From the IMG/VR virus record IMGVR_UViG_3300044695_006301, positions 1 through 43,916 of that record: a stretch of 43,916 nt of DNA. The stretch is one strand, 5' to 3'. Made by a program: the position numbers and the translations under genes. This stretch comes from a virus (taxonomy: Duplodnaviria; Caudoviricetes). How positions within the stretch are numbered: position 1 is the first letter of the stretch; each line of letters begins with the position of its first letter. The notes under the pieces are model-generated. The model saw only the letters and a program-made list of their open reading frames with translations, made no database searches and was not told the origin of the DNA. Shown one piece after another: positions 1-8,646 of the stretch.

Positions 1-68
1 AGGGAAATCATTGAGTCCGTTCCATCGTTCGGCGGTCGGTATGGATACATTGGTTTCATTGGTTTCAT
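1..68 (-). CDS. 5' part of an ORF running off the window (MKPMKPMYPYRPPNDGTDSMIS...)
   Basis: ATG at 68-66 overlaps the TGA of the upstream mini-ORF (ATGA); frame open to the window edge. Confidence 0.35.
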   Translation of the reverse strand, partial: MKPMKPMYPYRPPNDGTDSMIS

Positions 69-121
69 GTTACTGGTGATCCTGTGCCTTCGCCGATTTC
101 GTCATCGTCTGGATCGATCAT
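65..121 (-). CDS. 18-aa acidic mini-ORF MIDPDDDEIGEGTGSPVT
   Basis: Read manually; ATGA start/stop overlaps with both neighbours; too short for the ORF track. Confidence 0.35.
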   Translation of the reverse strand: MIDPDDDEIGEGTGSPVT

Positions 122-408
122 AAAAGCGCAGATTTTATAGAATCAAGCAAATTGCAGTTGTCCTCTCCCAAAGCAGCATTGATTGCTTCAGAACTAATAG
201 CAGGGACAGCAGGACGAGCAGGTCTGGCAGGCATCTTACGACCATCTGGAAGAGTCTGCTCAGGTGTCGCTTCGGCAGCGGCAATGGCAGGGATTCCTTC
301 GGTGCGAATAGCGTCCACTCGTTTTGCGGTGTTCAGGATTTCGTTTACAAGACGCGCTGCGACTTGGTTAGCGATGACGGACTCGGTTGGAGTAATTTCT
401 TGTAGCAT
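118..408 (-). CDS. Hypothetical protein (Ala/Pro-rich, possibly fibre-associated)
   Basis: ORF track 118..483; start moved to ATG 408 (MLQEITPTES) to remove overlap with the upstream gene. Confidence 0.65.
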   Translation of the reverse strand: MLQEITPTESVIANQVAARLVNEILNTAKRVDAIRTEGIPAIAAAEATPEQTLPDGRKMPARPARPAVPAISSEAINAALGEDNCNLLDSIKSALL

Positions 409-431
409 ATATTTAGTTATAGGTGAGAGTT

Positions 432-1559
432 TTAGAGTAGAGACGTGACGATCCAAGCAGTTCCGTTGTAGCATACAAGGCATTTCGCTGATGCCCCGCC
501 GACAACTGCTGATCCGATTACTGGCGTGTCTGCGTCATTGACGTAGGCGATTGTGCCTTCGTTACCAACAAGAGAAACGACTGCGGTTGGAGTCAGCGTA
601 GCACCAAAACTAAAAACAGGTGTTCCACTTGACCAGTCAACGCAAGTAGAACCACCAGTTCCGCAGAGTTGTCGATCCCCCCAATTTATTGCAAAAAGAT
701 TATCGCTGCCAGTCAGAGAACGGTAAATCCAATCAAGTGAAATTTCAGCTCCGTCATAAAGGTAGCCGTTATACCAATCGGCTGAGACTGATACGCCGTC
801 AGAGGCGATGAGTTGGCGGTTAGCCCAATCAAGAGCCATTACTCCAACTGAATCATAAAGTTTGCGGATCTGCCAACTAAGGGAATACGATCCATCTGAA
901 TGATAAAGGTCACGGTTAGCCCAATCAATAGAGGGGATGTAGGTTCCATTGTAGTCGCCTAATACTCCGTTTGCCACATCAATATATCTCGAAGGGGAAT
1001 CAGCATCAAAGATTAGATCGACTCCTAAAGTTATTCCAATAGGTATGGCTATATTAGTTGAACTAGACCAATTAAGCATCTCCGCACCGTCGCCTGTAAT
1101 AAGTTTACGGTTTTCTTGATCAATAGAAATATCATTTGCAGTGTCTCGGATTCCTTGATACACCCACACAGCAGTATTTGTTGTCGCGTCCGTGCAAACG
1201 TAAACTGTGCCATCATCAAGGATACGACGAGAGCCGATGACGTAGCCTTTGGTATCATCATCGGTGGTAGTTGGAACTGCCGTGAAGCCGAACATCTCAG
1301 TGCGAATGGTGAAGCCGTCTTGACCCATCACATAGAGTCTTCCTGCTTCCCATTTAAGTTCGTAGTCAACAGAGCATTTAAGAGCAATGCCTCCGCTTGC
1401 ATCCGCGTCAGTTGTGCCTTCTTGTAGTCTTGCACCATTATCAAATGTTATAATAGCATCTTCATCCATCGTGCCTCCTGCGAGGGGAAGAAAGACATCT
1501 GCTGGATCGGATTCTTGCAAGAAGGTGTCCATAGCTGCGGATAGTGTTAAGTCAGGCAT
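432..1559 (-). CDS. Putative virion or tail-fibre-like protein with internal DW repeats
   Basis: 375 aa, G/D/T/S-rich; fibre-like segment (VPTTTDDDTKGYVIGSR...VYVCTDATTNTAVW); ~17-18-aa repeats. Confidence 0.6.
   Translation of the reverse strand: MPDLTLSAAMDTFLQESDPADVFLPLAGGTMDEDAIITFDNGARLQEGTTDADASGGIALKCSVDYELKWEAGRLYVMGQDGFTIRTEMFGFTAVPTTTDDDTKGYVIGSRRILDDGTVYVCTDATTNTAVWVYQGIRDTANDISIDQENRKLITGDGAEMLNWSSSTNIAIPIGITLGVDLIFDADSPSRYIDVANGVLGDYNGTYIPSIDWANRDLYHSDGSYSLSWQIRKLYDSVGVMALDWANRQLIASDGVSVSADWYNGYLYDGAEISLDWIYRSLTGSDNLFAINWGDRQLCGTGGSTCVDWSSGTPVFSFGATLTPTAVVSLVGNEGTIAYVNDADTPVIGSAVVGGASAKCLVCYNGTAWIVTSLL
625..1130 (-). repeat. Degenerate protein-level tandem repeat, ~17-18 aa, about 8 copies
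   Basis: SIDWANRDLY, SLSWQIRKLY, ALDWANRQLI, SADWYNGYLY, SLDWIYRSLT, AINWGDRQLC, CVDWSSG, MLNWSS; boundaries approximate. Confidence 0.75.
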
Positions 1560-1565
1560 GTTGTG

Positions 1566-1886
1566 TTATGGTTGTATATATGTTGATATTCCATCAGGAC
1601 GATTATAGTCGCTTATTCCATCTGGACGTTTATAAGAGAAAGAAGAACTTACAGATGTACCAATGAATCTATATCCAGCATCAAAAGGAGTTATGAATAA
1701 ACCGCTGTTTTGACCAAGATCATGAATCTTCCGATTATATTCCCTAATCAAGTGATTATCAAAATCCGTTTTTAAAGGATCTTGTGAGCTATTATAAAGA
1801 CCGATTACTAAAGTTTTATAACTAGCCCAAACGCCACTCTCAGATGAGAAATCGGAATGTATTTCAGATTGTAAGTGTCTTGGCAT
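1566..1886 (-). CDS. Hypothetical late/virion protein
   Basis: 106-aa ORF preceded by GTGTAA; C-terminal duplicated YxRPDGIS. Confidence 0.7.
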   Translation of the reverse strand: MPRHLQSEIHSDFSSESGVWASYKTLVIGLYNSSQDPLKTDFDNHLIREYNRKIHDLGQNSGLFITPFDAGYRFIGTSVSSSFSYKRPDGISDYNRPDGISTYIQP

Positions 1887-1895
1887 TATTGTTAA

Positions 1896-1901
1896 TTACA
1901 C
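1896..1901 (-). promoter_or_regulatory. GTGTAA motif (putative phage late promoter)
   Basis: aaaaaatGTGTAAttaacaataATG; 9 nt to ATG 1886. Confidence 0.7.
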
Positions 1902-1947
1902 ATTTTTTGCCAAGTATTTCTCCAAAATTGTTTTAATCAGAATAAAA

Positions 1948-2265
1948 TTACTTTTTGATGAATTTTTCAGGATCTGCTTGGAATTTTTTCCCAAGTTTAA
2001 TGATTCCATTGATTATTTCTGGGCTAATTACGCCGATAACACCATAGCAAATTGCTTTATAAAGTGAAGAAATATCTGTTTGCTCCAAAATAAACCAAGC
2101 AATAGAAGAAGAAATAGCCGCAGCAGTAATTTTTTTAGCGTATTCGACAATGCCGACTTTTTTCTGCGCTGATAGCAAGCGAGCGAACATCGCTGCCGAA
2201 CCAATGAGTGGGATAATCCATCCTCCGTCTAAAAATTCCTTAATCAATGATTTCTCTGGCTCCAT
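1948..2265 (-). CDS. Putative holin
   Basis: 105 aa, three hydrophobic segments, basic C-terminus, adjacent to endolysin. Confidence 0.7.
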   Translation of the reverse strand: MEPEKSLIKEFLDGGWIIPLIGSAAMFARLLSAQKKVGIVEYAKKITAAAISSSIAWFILEQTDISSLYKAICYGVIGVISPEIINGIIKLGKKFQADPEKFIKK

Positions 2266-2274
2266 TTTAAATAT

Positions 2275-2280
2275 TTACAC
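2275..2280 (-). promoter_or_regulatory. GTGTAA motif
   Basis: aaaataGTGTAAatatttaaaATG; 9 nt to ATG 2265. Confidence 0.7.
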
Positions 2281-2290
2281 TATTTTTTTT

Positions 2291-2893
2291 TTATTTAAAA
2301 TGTTTTTTTAATGCTTCGTGAAATTTAGTAAACTGCATCGGATTAAGATCTCTTTTTCGGTTCGGAGAAACTGTTCTGTGATCTGTAACCATGTCGGGAG
2401 TGATGTCCCATTTCTTCATAAGCGGTAAGATATATTCAAGTGCAGACTCTATTGCGGCAAGCTGTAGGGGTTCCGTATAGGAGCTGCGCTCAAACGCTAC
2501 ACCGATAGCCCAATTATTGAGACTCGTCTCGCCTTTGAAGGTGCTAGTGCCAGCATGATACGCTCTATTGTCATCACGATTTGTAACAGTGCGTCTACCG
2601 TCACGCGCAACAATACAATGATAACTAGCGTATAATCTCTTACCATCGGACGGATTGGTGATGCGACTTGTCCAGTCGATTGATCCGCTGTAATTACCTT
2701 CAGTATCGTGCATAACGACGGCTCTGGGAGTAATTTTACGAGCATAAGGTCCATTTGTCTGTGGTGACAGAGCAATTTTTTCAGGATATTTATTCGGCAT
2801 TTTATCTGATATTTGGGGAGCAGAAAACGACGAACTTGAAGTCGATTTTTTCGCTCCAAAAAAACTCACAAGTTTTAAGAAAAGATTTTTCAC
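2291..2893 (-). CDS. Endolysin, N-acetylmuramoyl-L-alanine amidase (Amidase_2)
   Basis: VVMHDTEG, ASYHCIV, AYHAG, IGVAFE, HRTVSPNRKRD Zn-amidase motifs. Confidence 0.9.
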   Translation of the reverse strand: MKNLFLKLVSFFGAKKSTSSSSFSAPQISDKMPNKYPEKIALSPQTNGPYARKITPRAVVMHDTEGNYSGSIDWTSRITNPSDGKRLYASYHCIVARDGRRTVTNRDDNRAYHAGTSTFKGETSLNNWAIGVAFERSSYTEPLQLAAIESALEYILPLMKKWDITPDMVTDHRTVSPNRKRDLNPMQFTKFHEALKKHFK

Positions 2894-2903
2894 TTCTCTA
2901 TGT

Positions 2904-2909
2904 TTACAC
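2904..2909 (-). promoter_or_regulatory. GTGTAA motif
   Basis: aataaaGTGTAAacatagagaaGTG; 10 nt to GTG 2893. Confidence 0.7.
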
Positions 2910-2916
2910 TTTATTT

Positions 2917-3183
2917 TTAAGTATTTAATATTTCTTGCAAAAATTGATAAACCATTTTGTCTATATCTGTAGCTTTTCTGATTTGATCTTCTATTTCAAA
3001 AGAATGAGAAGAATAAACTACTCTTTTGTGGAACACTGATTCTTCATTGTCGCTTTCATCTGTTCGTATGTAATATGAAACATCCCAATCGAAACGAGCG
3101 CAAATATATTTGATTGTAATATCTTTTGCTTCTGAAGCAGATAGGTTAAAATCGACTGTGTGAGATAGTTTGGCTTTAATCAT
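2917..3183 (-). CDS. Hypothetical protein
   Basis: 88-aa ORF with 4-nt overlap to the upstream gene. Confidence 0.65.
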   Translation of the reverse strand: MIKAKLSHTVDFNLSASEAKDITIKYICARFDWDVSYYIRTDESDNEESVFHKRVVYSSHSFEIEDQIRKATDIDKMVYQFLQEILNT

Positions 3184-3464
3184 AATAAATTGATTTCTAA
3201 TGGTGCGAATTGTTCAATTTCACGGCAAAAACATTGAATTTGAAGAGCATCAAAATCCTTGATGCAACTCTTCAGTGTCGATATCTTTTCCATGAATTTA
3301 GTATAGTCTTCTTCTTGACTGTAAACTGTTTCTGTTTTTTTATCTCGAATAAAAGTATTTTCGATTTCGTATTTTACAGGATCAATAACAAGTTCCAATG
3401 GATGGTAACTACATGACCCCAGAATGTAATTGACGATGTCTTGATATTTGATGCGAATTTTCAT
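3180..3464 (-). CDS. Hypothetical protein
   Basis: 94-aa ORF in a co-directional string. Confidence 0.65.
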   Translation of the reverse strand: MKIRIKYQDIVNYILGSCSYHPLELVIDPVKYEIENTFIRDKKTETVYSQEEDYTKFMEKISTLKSCIKDFDALQIQCFCREIEQFAPLEINLL

Positions 3465-3523
3465 ATTATCAGTAGAAAACTTCTAGCGTGTGTTTAAACA
3501 GTTTACAGTTGATTTGCCGCTCA

Positions 3524-3934
3524 TTAAATCAATTTAAGCGAGTTGATGATATTGTTAAGCTGACGAGATTTTGCGTCAATGGGAACATTGTGAATGTCCT
3601 TATTACCATGCCTATTTTCAATCACAAAATAGAAAATATCTACCCCAACCTCTTTCGCCTTTTCATCATAAAAAGCAAACTCTGGTTCTCGACTGTTAGT
3701 ATTTGCTACAATAATCGTATCAACGTCTTCTTTTTCCAATGCTGCCACAAATTTATTGCGACAGTATTCATGAGCATCTGATAGGCGAGATTGTGCGAAG
3801 TTGTATTCGCCATCTTCAGACGTAAAGAAATCGTCAGAACAACAGATTTCCACATTGCCGCCGAAGAGTTTTGCGGCGGTAGATTTTCCAGATCCACTAA
3901 CTCCGCGCAAAATAATTATTTTTTTTGTTTTCAC
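3524..3934 (-). CDS. P-loop kinase (AAA_33 / polynucleotide-kinase-like)
   Basis: IILRGVSGSGKST Walker A, CSDDFF, AHEYC, IIVANTN, HNVP; start moved to GTG 3934 (GTGA overlap). Confidence 0.85.
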   Translation of the reverse strand: MKTKKIIILRGVSGSGKSTAAKLFGGNVEICCSDDFFTSEDGEYNFAQSRLSDAHEYCRNKFVAALEKEDVDTIIVANTNSREPEFAFYDEKAKEVGVDIFYFVIENRHGNKDIHNVPIDAKSRQLNNIINSLKLI

Positions 3935-4461
3935 TTTGTATTTATTTTTGTTTTGATTTCGTCTAGCGAGGTAAAAATGGTACGACCTCCAGTTTTTTGA
4001 TAAACATGATCGACGCAAGTGTTGATGTATTGAGGATCATCGCGCAAAGAACCATACCATGTTTTCTTTTTCACGCTTTTCATATGAACGTGTCCATGTA
4101 CGTTTGCCAAACGACCACGCATTTCGTGCGGGTGAATAGGGCAGTGCGTCAGCCACACTCTCTTATACGATAGCATACCATGAATTTCGTCAAAGACTTC
4201 TGCTCGAAGTTTGGTGGAAACATAGTCGTCGTGATTTCCGCTTATCAAAATTTTGCGCCCACGAAGGCTTCTATAAACATCCAAAGCTTCATCAGAAAAT
4301 GCGGCATCGCCCATAACATAAACAATATCATTTTTGTGGATAGTATTTTGCCAGTATTTACAAAAGATATCGGTATTATCCTCCATAGATTTTACCCACG
4401 GACGAAACTTAGCAATATTTTTATGACCCAAATGCGGGTCGCCTACAAAGAATACACTCAT
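3931..4461 (-). CDS. Calcineurin-like metallophosphoesterase
   Basis: GDPHLGH, MGD, GNHD, LTHCP, HGHVH motifs. Confidence 0.9.
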   Translation of the reverse strand: MSVFFVGDPHLGHKNIAKFRPWVKSMEDNTDIFCKYWQNTIHKNDIVYVMGDAAFSDEALDVYRSLRGRKILISGNHDDYVSTKLRAEVFDEIHGMLSYKRVWLTHCPIHPHEMRGRLANVHGHVHMKSVKKKTWYGSLRDDPQYINTCVDHVYQKTGGRTIFTSLDEIKTKINTK

Positions 4462-4664
4462 TTTGATTTGCCCTGATCCACAAAATCATAAAGCTTAAAC
4501 GGATTTGCACTGGTGGCAAAATCAGCTGCACTATATTTAAGAACATAGCCGCCAATTTTCTTAGCGCAATCTTTAGCCCATTGTTCTCCATCTTGTAGAA
4601 CACCATCATATGATTGACTAAAATTGTTTTTTTTATCAAATACTCTATATTTACTGAATGACAT
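4458..4664 (-). CDS. Hypothetical protein
   Basis: 68-aa ORF with 4-nt overlap. Confidence 0.6.
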   Translation of the reverse strand: MSFSKYRVFDKKNNFSQSYDGVLQDGEQWAKDCAKKIGGYVLKYSAADFATSANPFKLYDFVDQGKSK

Positions 4665-4723
4665 ATTGTTATTTTATTGTTTCAAGGATAATTAAAAGGA
4701 TAACTGCACAGACTATTTGAAAA

Positions 4724-4969
4724 TTATTCATAAGTTAATTTAAACGCTACCACTCCCGTGTCAAAATTATTGGTAATGTAACACTCGATGAACGCTTCGT
4801 TGCCATGAAATTTGCTGGAGTTAATCTGAATGATATATTTAGTTTTGTCAAGAACTAATTTGTGTAAATTTTCGGGCAGCGGTTCGAATTCTTCGCAGAC
4901 TGGAGTGTCTCCAAGTTTCCATGGAAACAATTCGTTTTCACCGATCACGGTTATTTTGGGCATTTTCAT
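4724..4969 (-). CDS. Hypothetical protein
   Basis: 81-aa ORF, TAATG-coupled to the upstream gene. Confidence 0.6.
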   Translation of the reverse strand: MKMPKITVIGENELFPWKLGDTPVCEEFEPLPENLHKLVLDKTKYIIQINSSKFHGNEAFIECYITNNFDTGVVAFKLTYE

Positions 4970-5484
4970 TATTTTATTAATACTGTGTGTTTGATTTCGT
5001 TGATGATATCTGTCATTTTAATCAATGAAAGAAGATCTTTACGACCTTTTCTTTGATAGCCTGTATACATTGGCATACCGAATCCGACATTTAATTGAGA
5101 AAGATCGCATAACTTTTCGCATAATCGTGCTAAAAGTTTTCTGTTTACTAACAAGAAGTCGTTTTCGCGTTCGAATGCGATGATATTAGATTCTCCATAA
5201 AGCCAACCTCTTTTACCTTGTACGTTAGAGAATTCAATCCAGACTACTTCGTCGTTGTATTTATCATCCGCACGTTTTGCTTTCTTGCGCGATTTTACAT
5301 CTACCGCAGTTCTTGGTAGTCTTTCACCTTCGATCCAAAAGTCGATGTGGCGGATTTCTTCTTGAAAAGAAGTCTTCTTACAAGAGAGATTAGCTTTGCG
5401 GATAGCTGTTTCAAATGAAGATTCTGCTTTATCGCCGCTCTCAAATGATTCGCCTGTTTTATCGTATTGACTTTTAAATGCCAT
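4969..5484 (-). CDS. Putative PD-(D/E)XK-family nuclease
   Basis: AE...HIDFWI...AVDVKSRK...WIEF...GWLYG pattern. Confidence 0.6.
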   Translation of the reverse strand: MAFKSQYDKTGESFESGDKAESSFETAIRKANLSCKKTSFQEEIRHIDFWIEGERLPRTAVDVKSRKKAKRADDKYNDEVVWIEFSNVQGKRGWLYGESNIIAFERENDFLLVNRKLLARLCEKLCDLSQLNVGFGMPMYTGYQRKGRKDLLSLIKMTDIINEIKHTVLIK

Positions 5485-5932
5485 CTCTAGTATATGATAC
5501 TAAAATCTTGCCATTGTCAAGGGAAATTTTTGCATTTTTGTCTTTTTTACGAATAAAATTTAAAAATGGTTTTAATTTGTGTTGCCGTTTAATTTCAGTG
5601 GTGAAGGGAGTGTCGCAATCAAATCGCCGCCAATAAAATTCTCTAAAGATGCGAAAATCTTCCAGCATTGTTAGCGGATCGCCAAAAATAAATTCAATTG
5701 TTATGTTGAGCGGTTCTGGTTTAATAGATAGAAAGAATCTCGTATGATTGCCTTGGGTAAGGTGAAAAATGCGCGTTGTCTCTACTAGATATTCGTAATA
5801 TTTTTTTATTTGAACCATTCTCGCGGAGGGATTTTTAATTGAGCAAAAATCATAAGGTTTAGAACGGACAAAAAAGTCTTCAAATGTAGACCGAACAATT
5901 GAATTGTCGCTGTTTAACTGCTGAAAGTTCAT
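5474..5932 (-). CDS. Hypothetical protein
   Basis: 152-aa ORF divergent from the tail operon. Confidence 0.6.
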   Translation of the reverse strand: MNFQQLNSDNSIVRSTFEDFFVRSKPYDFCSIKNPSARMVQIKKYYEYLVETTRIFHLTQGNHTRFFLSIKPEPLNITIEFIFGDPLTMLEDFRIFREFYWRRFDCDTPFTTEIKRQHKLKPFLNFIRKKDKNAKISLDNGKILVSYTRDGI

Positions 5933-5949
5933 TTTTTTTATTTATAATA

Positions 5950-5955
5950 GTGTAA
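5950..5955 (+). promoter_or_regulatory. GTGTAA motif heading the tail-tip operon
   Basis: tataataGTGTAAatcaggatATG; 8 nt to ATG 5964. Confidence 0.75.
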
Positions 5956-5963
5956 ATCAGGAT

Positions 5964-8249
5964 ATGGCACAAGGACAAGATCGGATAGCAAGCAGTTTAT
6001 TGGAACTTCAACCCACAGCTATTATAGAGTTTTTTTTACTATATTTCAATACTGTTGACAATCCTAATGCATTTATTGCGTTTCATGGAGGTTCTGTTTA
6101 TAATCAAGGCGTTGTTTGGCAGGGCGTTGAATATCTGCCCATTCCCGTTGAAACTGACGGGTTTGAGGTAAATGCCAATGGTCAATTGGCGAGACCAAAA
6201 ATGCGGATTTCTAATAAAGATTATTTTGCGACTGATTTGTTAATTAATAATGATGACTTACAGTTTGCTAAAATTATTCGCAAAAGAACTTTTGTCAAAT
6301 ATTTGGACGATGTTAATTTTGATGGTGGCAACCCATGGGGTCAAGCAGACGCATCAGCAGAATTATCCAATGACACATTTGTCGTTGGTCAAAAGACAGC
6401 AGAAAATAAAACATTTATTGAGCTAGAGTTGACTTCTCCACTTGATTTGGAAAATTTTGAGATTAATAATCGCTTGATTATGTCTCGCTATTGTTCGTGG
6501 CATTATCGCGGTAATGGCTGCAACTATAGAGGCATTCCTATCGCAACCGAAGAAGGAGAAAAGTTGGTTGTTGACGATCCAGAAGAGTGGTTTACTAATC
6601 AAGCAAATAAATCGTGGTCTTCGCAAGCTTCTTACACTTCTGGGAAAGCTGTATATATTGAAAATCAAAAAGTGATAGTGAGTGACCCAGCATCTCCATT
6701 ATCAACAGGATTTGCAAAAATTTGGTATGTCTGTCAATCTGGTCACAATAGCTCAATCTCTACGATACCAGATAAAAATCCGTCCCTTTGGAAACGCGAT
6801 GGTTGTAATAAAAAACTTGATGGATGCAAATTACGTTTCGGTAAAGGCGCTATTGAGTTTAATGAAATCAGCGAGCAAAGAACTGCGTATTTTGTTGACT
6901 TTTCATCACGAACTGGCGCATTAAGATATAGTAATATAGCTCCAAGTGCCAGCATATCTGGATCATCGCAGATTGCAGGTTCTCCAGCTACTGCGACTAT
7001 TGATTTGATCAGTGGTACAAGTAGCATCTGGCAGGCTACGGGTGGGGCAAATCCAGGAGCGACTTTAGAATTAACATTCAATTCTCCCAGAAATGTAAAT
7101 AGAATTGATATATACGACAATCCTTCGGGGCTTAACTTTAATAATGCTTACATTAGATATTTTAATACCGATACTAGCGCAAATCCTTTTGCATCAGGCA
7201 CATTAAGAACTATACCCACTAATGGAACGCGATCTACCTCTGGTTTTGCAAATAGGCTGGTAAATAAAATAATCATTTCAGGTAGTGGTGTTAGCACTGC
7301 TTCATCTTTAAGCGAAGTAGCTGTTTTTGAAACAAATCCTCCCCATTTGGTTTATAACGATCAAGAGTCTATTCCGTTTCATAGAAACAACTTTTTTCAA
7401 ATTTCCACTTGGATTGGATTAACTGGTCGCGATCTATACTCTAACGAGCTATATTCCGTTTTTCAGAATGTGAGTGGTGGATGTAGATACAGTGGTATTA
7501 ACTTATATATTTCAGGACAAAATTTGCTGCTTGATTTTGCCACGCGCACTACGGGCGGATTGTCCAATAATAGAACTTTAAGTATGCCTTGGAGAAACGA
7601 TGATCTAAAACCATTACATTTAATATGTTCTGGTGGCAATGCCACGGGATTAACTCCGACGGGAACGACTCAAGGATATATTGAATTAAGTGACGGCATA
7701 TCAGAAAGCAATCGCTTTATTTTATCAGGTTCAATTGGAGAATATTTTAGATTTAAAAATACAAATTATCAAAGCGGTATTGTCGGCAATCAGTATCGTT
7801 TAAAATTTGGAATTAATGATTGGCAATTTCCTACGGGTAGCGAATTTGTTCCTAATCCACTAGGAGCATCAAATCAGATAACCAGCAATATGAAACTTGT
7901 CAGCCCAATTAGATTTGGACCAACCGCATTTTGGACTGGTGCAAGTGGCGTGAATGTTAGAATAGAAGAAGCGAGCCAGTCTGTCTTTAAAGATTATGAA
8001 GATTTTACAGGTCGCGCATCAAATACTACTGGTTTATTAGCTTGGTGGGAGATGGAAATTAATGATGGAACTTCGGGTATTGCGGCAGATAATAATTCTG
8101 CGAAAAAATTGATTATTTCTGGAGATTCGCCTTCTAGCTTTAATATCTCAAGAGTGGGCGATGTCAAACTCGGACAGATTCTCAATTCGCCAAAACAAAG
8201 TATCGACCTGCCATTCGGTGGGTTTCCTGGAACAGAAAGATATGGCTAA
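5964..8249 (+). CDS. Minor tail protein L-like (lambda gpL family) enlarged by inserted domains
   Basis: VWQGVEYLPIP, ARPKMRISN, RKRTFVKYLD, ELELTSPLD, CSWHYRGNGCNY, CNKKLDGCKLRF, terminal LPFGGFPG. Confidence 0.9.
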   Translation: MAQGQDRIASSLLELQPTAIIEFFLLYFNTVDNPNAFIAFHGGSVYNQGVVWQGVEYLPIPVETDGFEVNANGQLARPKMRISNKDYFATDLLINNDDLQFAKIIRKRTFVKYLDDVNFDGGNPWGQADASAELSNDTFVVGQKTAENKTFIELELTSPLDLENFEINNRLIMSRYCSWHYRGNGCNYRGIPIATEEGEKLVVDDPEEWFTNQANKSWSSQASYTSGKAVYIENQKVIVSDPASPLSTGFAKIWYVCQSGHNSSISTIPDKNPSLWKRDGCNKKLDGCKLRFGKGAIEFNEISEQRTAYFVDFSSRTGALRYSNIAPSASISGSSQIAGSPATATIDLISGTSSIWQATGGANPGATLELTFNSPRNVNRIDIYDNPSGLNFNNAYIRYFNTDTSANPFASGTLRTIPTNGTRSTSGFANRLVNKIIISGSGVSTASSLSEVAVFETNPPHLVYNDQESIPFHRNNFFQISTWIGLTGRDLYSNELYSVFQNVSGGCRYSGINLYISGQNLLLDFATRTTGGLSNNRTLSMPWRNDDLKPLHLICSGGNATGLTPTGTTQGYIELSDGISESNRFILSGSIGEYFRFKNTNYQSGIVGNQYRLKFGINDWQFPTGSEFVPNPLGASNQITSNMKLVSPIRFGPTAFWTGASGVNVRIEEASQSVFKDYEDFTGRASNTTGLLAWWEMEINDGTSGIAADNNSAKKLIISGDSPSSFNISRVGDVKLGQILNSPKQSIDLPFGGFPGTERYG

Positions 8250-8646
8250 AGAAATAAAAAACAAATCAATCACTAAAATAAAAAATTTTGTAGTCAATTC
8301 TTGCAATGAACAAACATCGCAAGAAGTATGTGGATTTATAGGATGGAACGATGATGGATACGTCGCCACGGTTGAAAAAAATGATGCTGCCGATCCTAAA
8401 AATTTTTTTACAATTAATCCAGCGTCATATCTAATGTTCGCAAACAATAATGACATGTTGGCTATTTTTCATAGTCATATCGTTGGTGATGAAACTCCAT
8501 CGGAGTTTGATATAAAGATGGCTGAAGCTTGCTGCGTTCCTTTTGTAATTTATTCTCTAAACACTAAAAAATTCCATATTTATGAGCCTAGCACATGCGA
8601 ATTGAATGTAAAAGCATTTGCAAGGGTAAAGGAAACTTTTAAATGA
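8242..8646 (+). CDS. Tail assembly protein K-like, JAB/MPN domain only
   Basis: EVCGFI and FHSHIVGDETPSEFD JAMM motif; located between L and I; start moved to ATG 8242. Confidence 0.85.
   Translation: MAKEIKNKSITKIKNFVVNSCNEQTSQEVCGFIGWNDDGYVATVEKNDAADPKNFFTINPASYLMFANNNDMLAIFHSHIVGDETPSEFDIKMAEACCVPFVIYSLNTKKFHIYEPSTCELNVKAFARVKETFK

Noticed and set aside
4686-4708. Short direct repeat AAGGATAA x2 in an intergenic gap
   Set aside because: Only two 8-nt copies; insufficient to call an operator or iteron
5489-5520. TTGACA upstream of the 4969..5484 gene
   Set aside because: Candidate -10 boxes give 15- or 20-nt spacers; possible promoter but too weak to list
5939-5946. T4-type late promoter TATAAATA on the minus strand before ORF 5932
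   Set aside because: Only copy I noticed at a gene start, in a very AT-rich gap; the recurring motif here is GTGTAA
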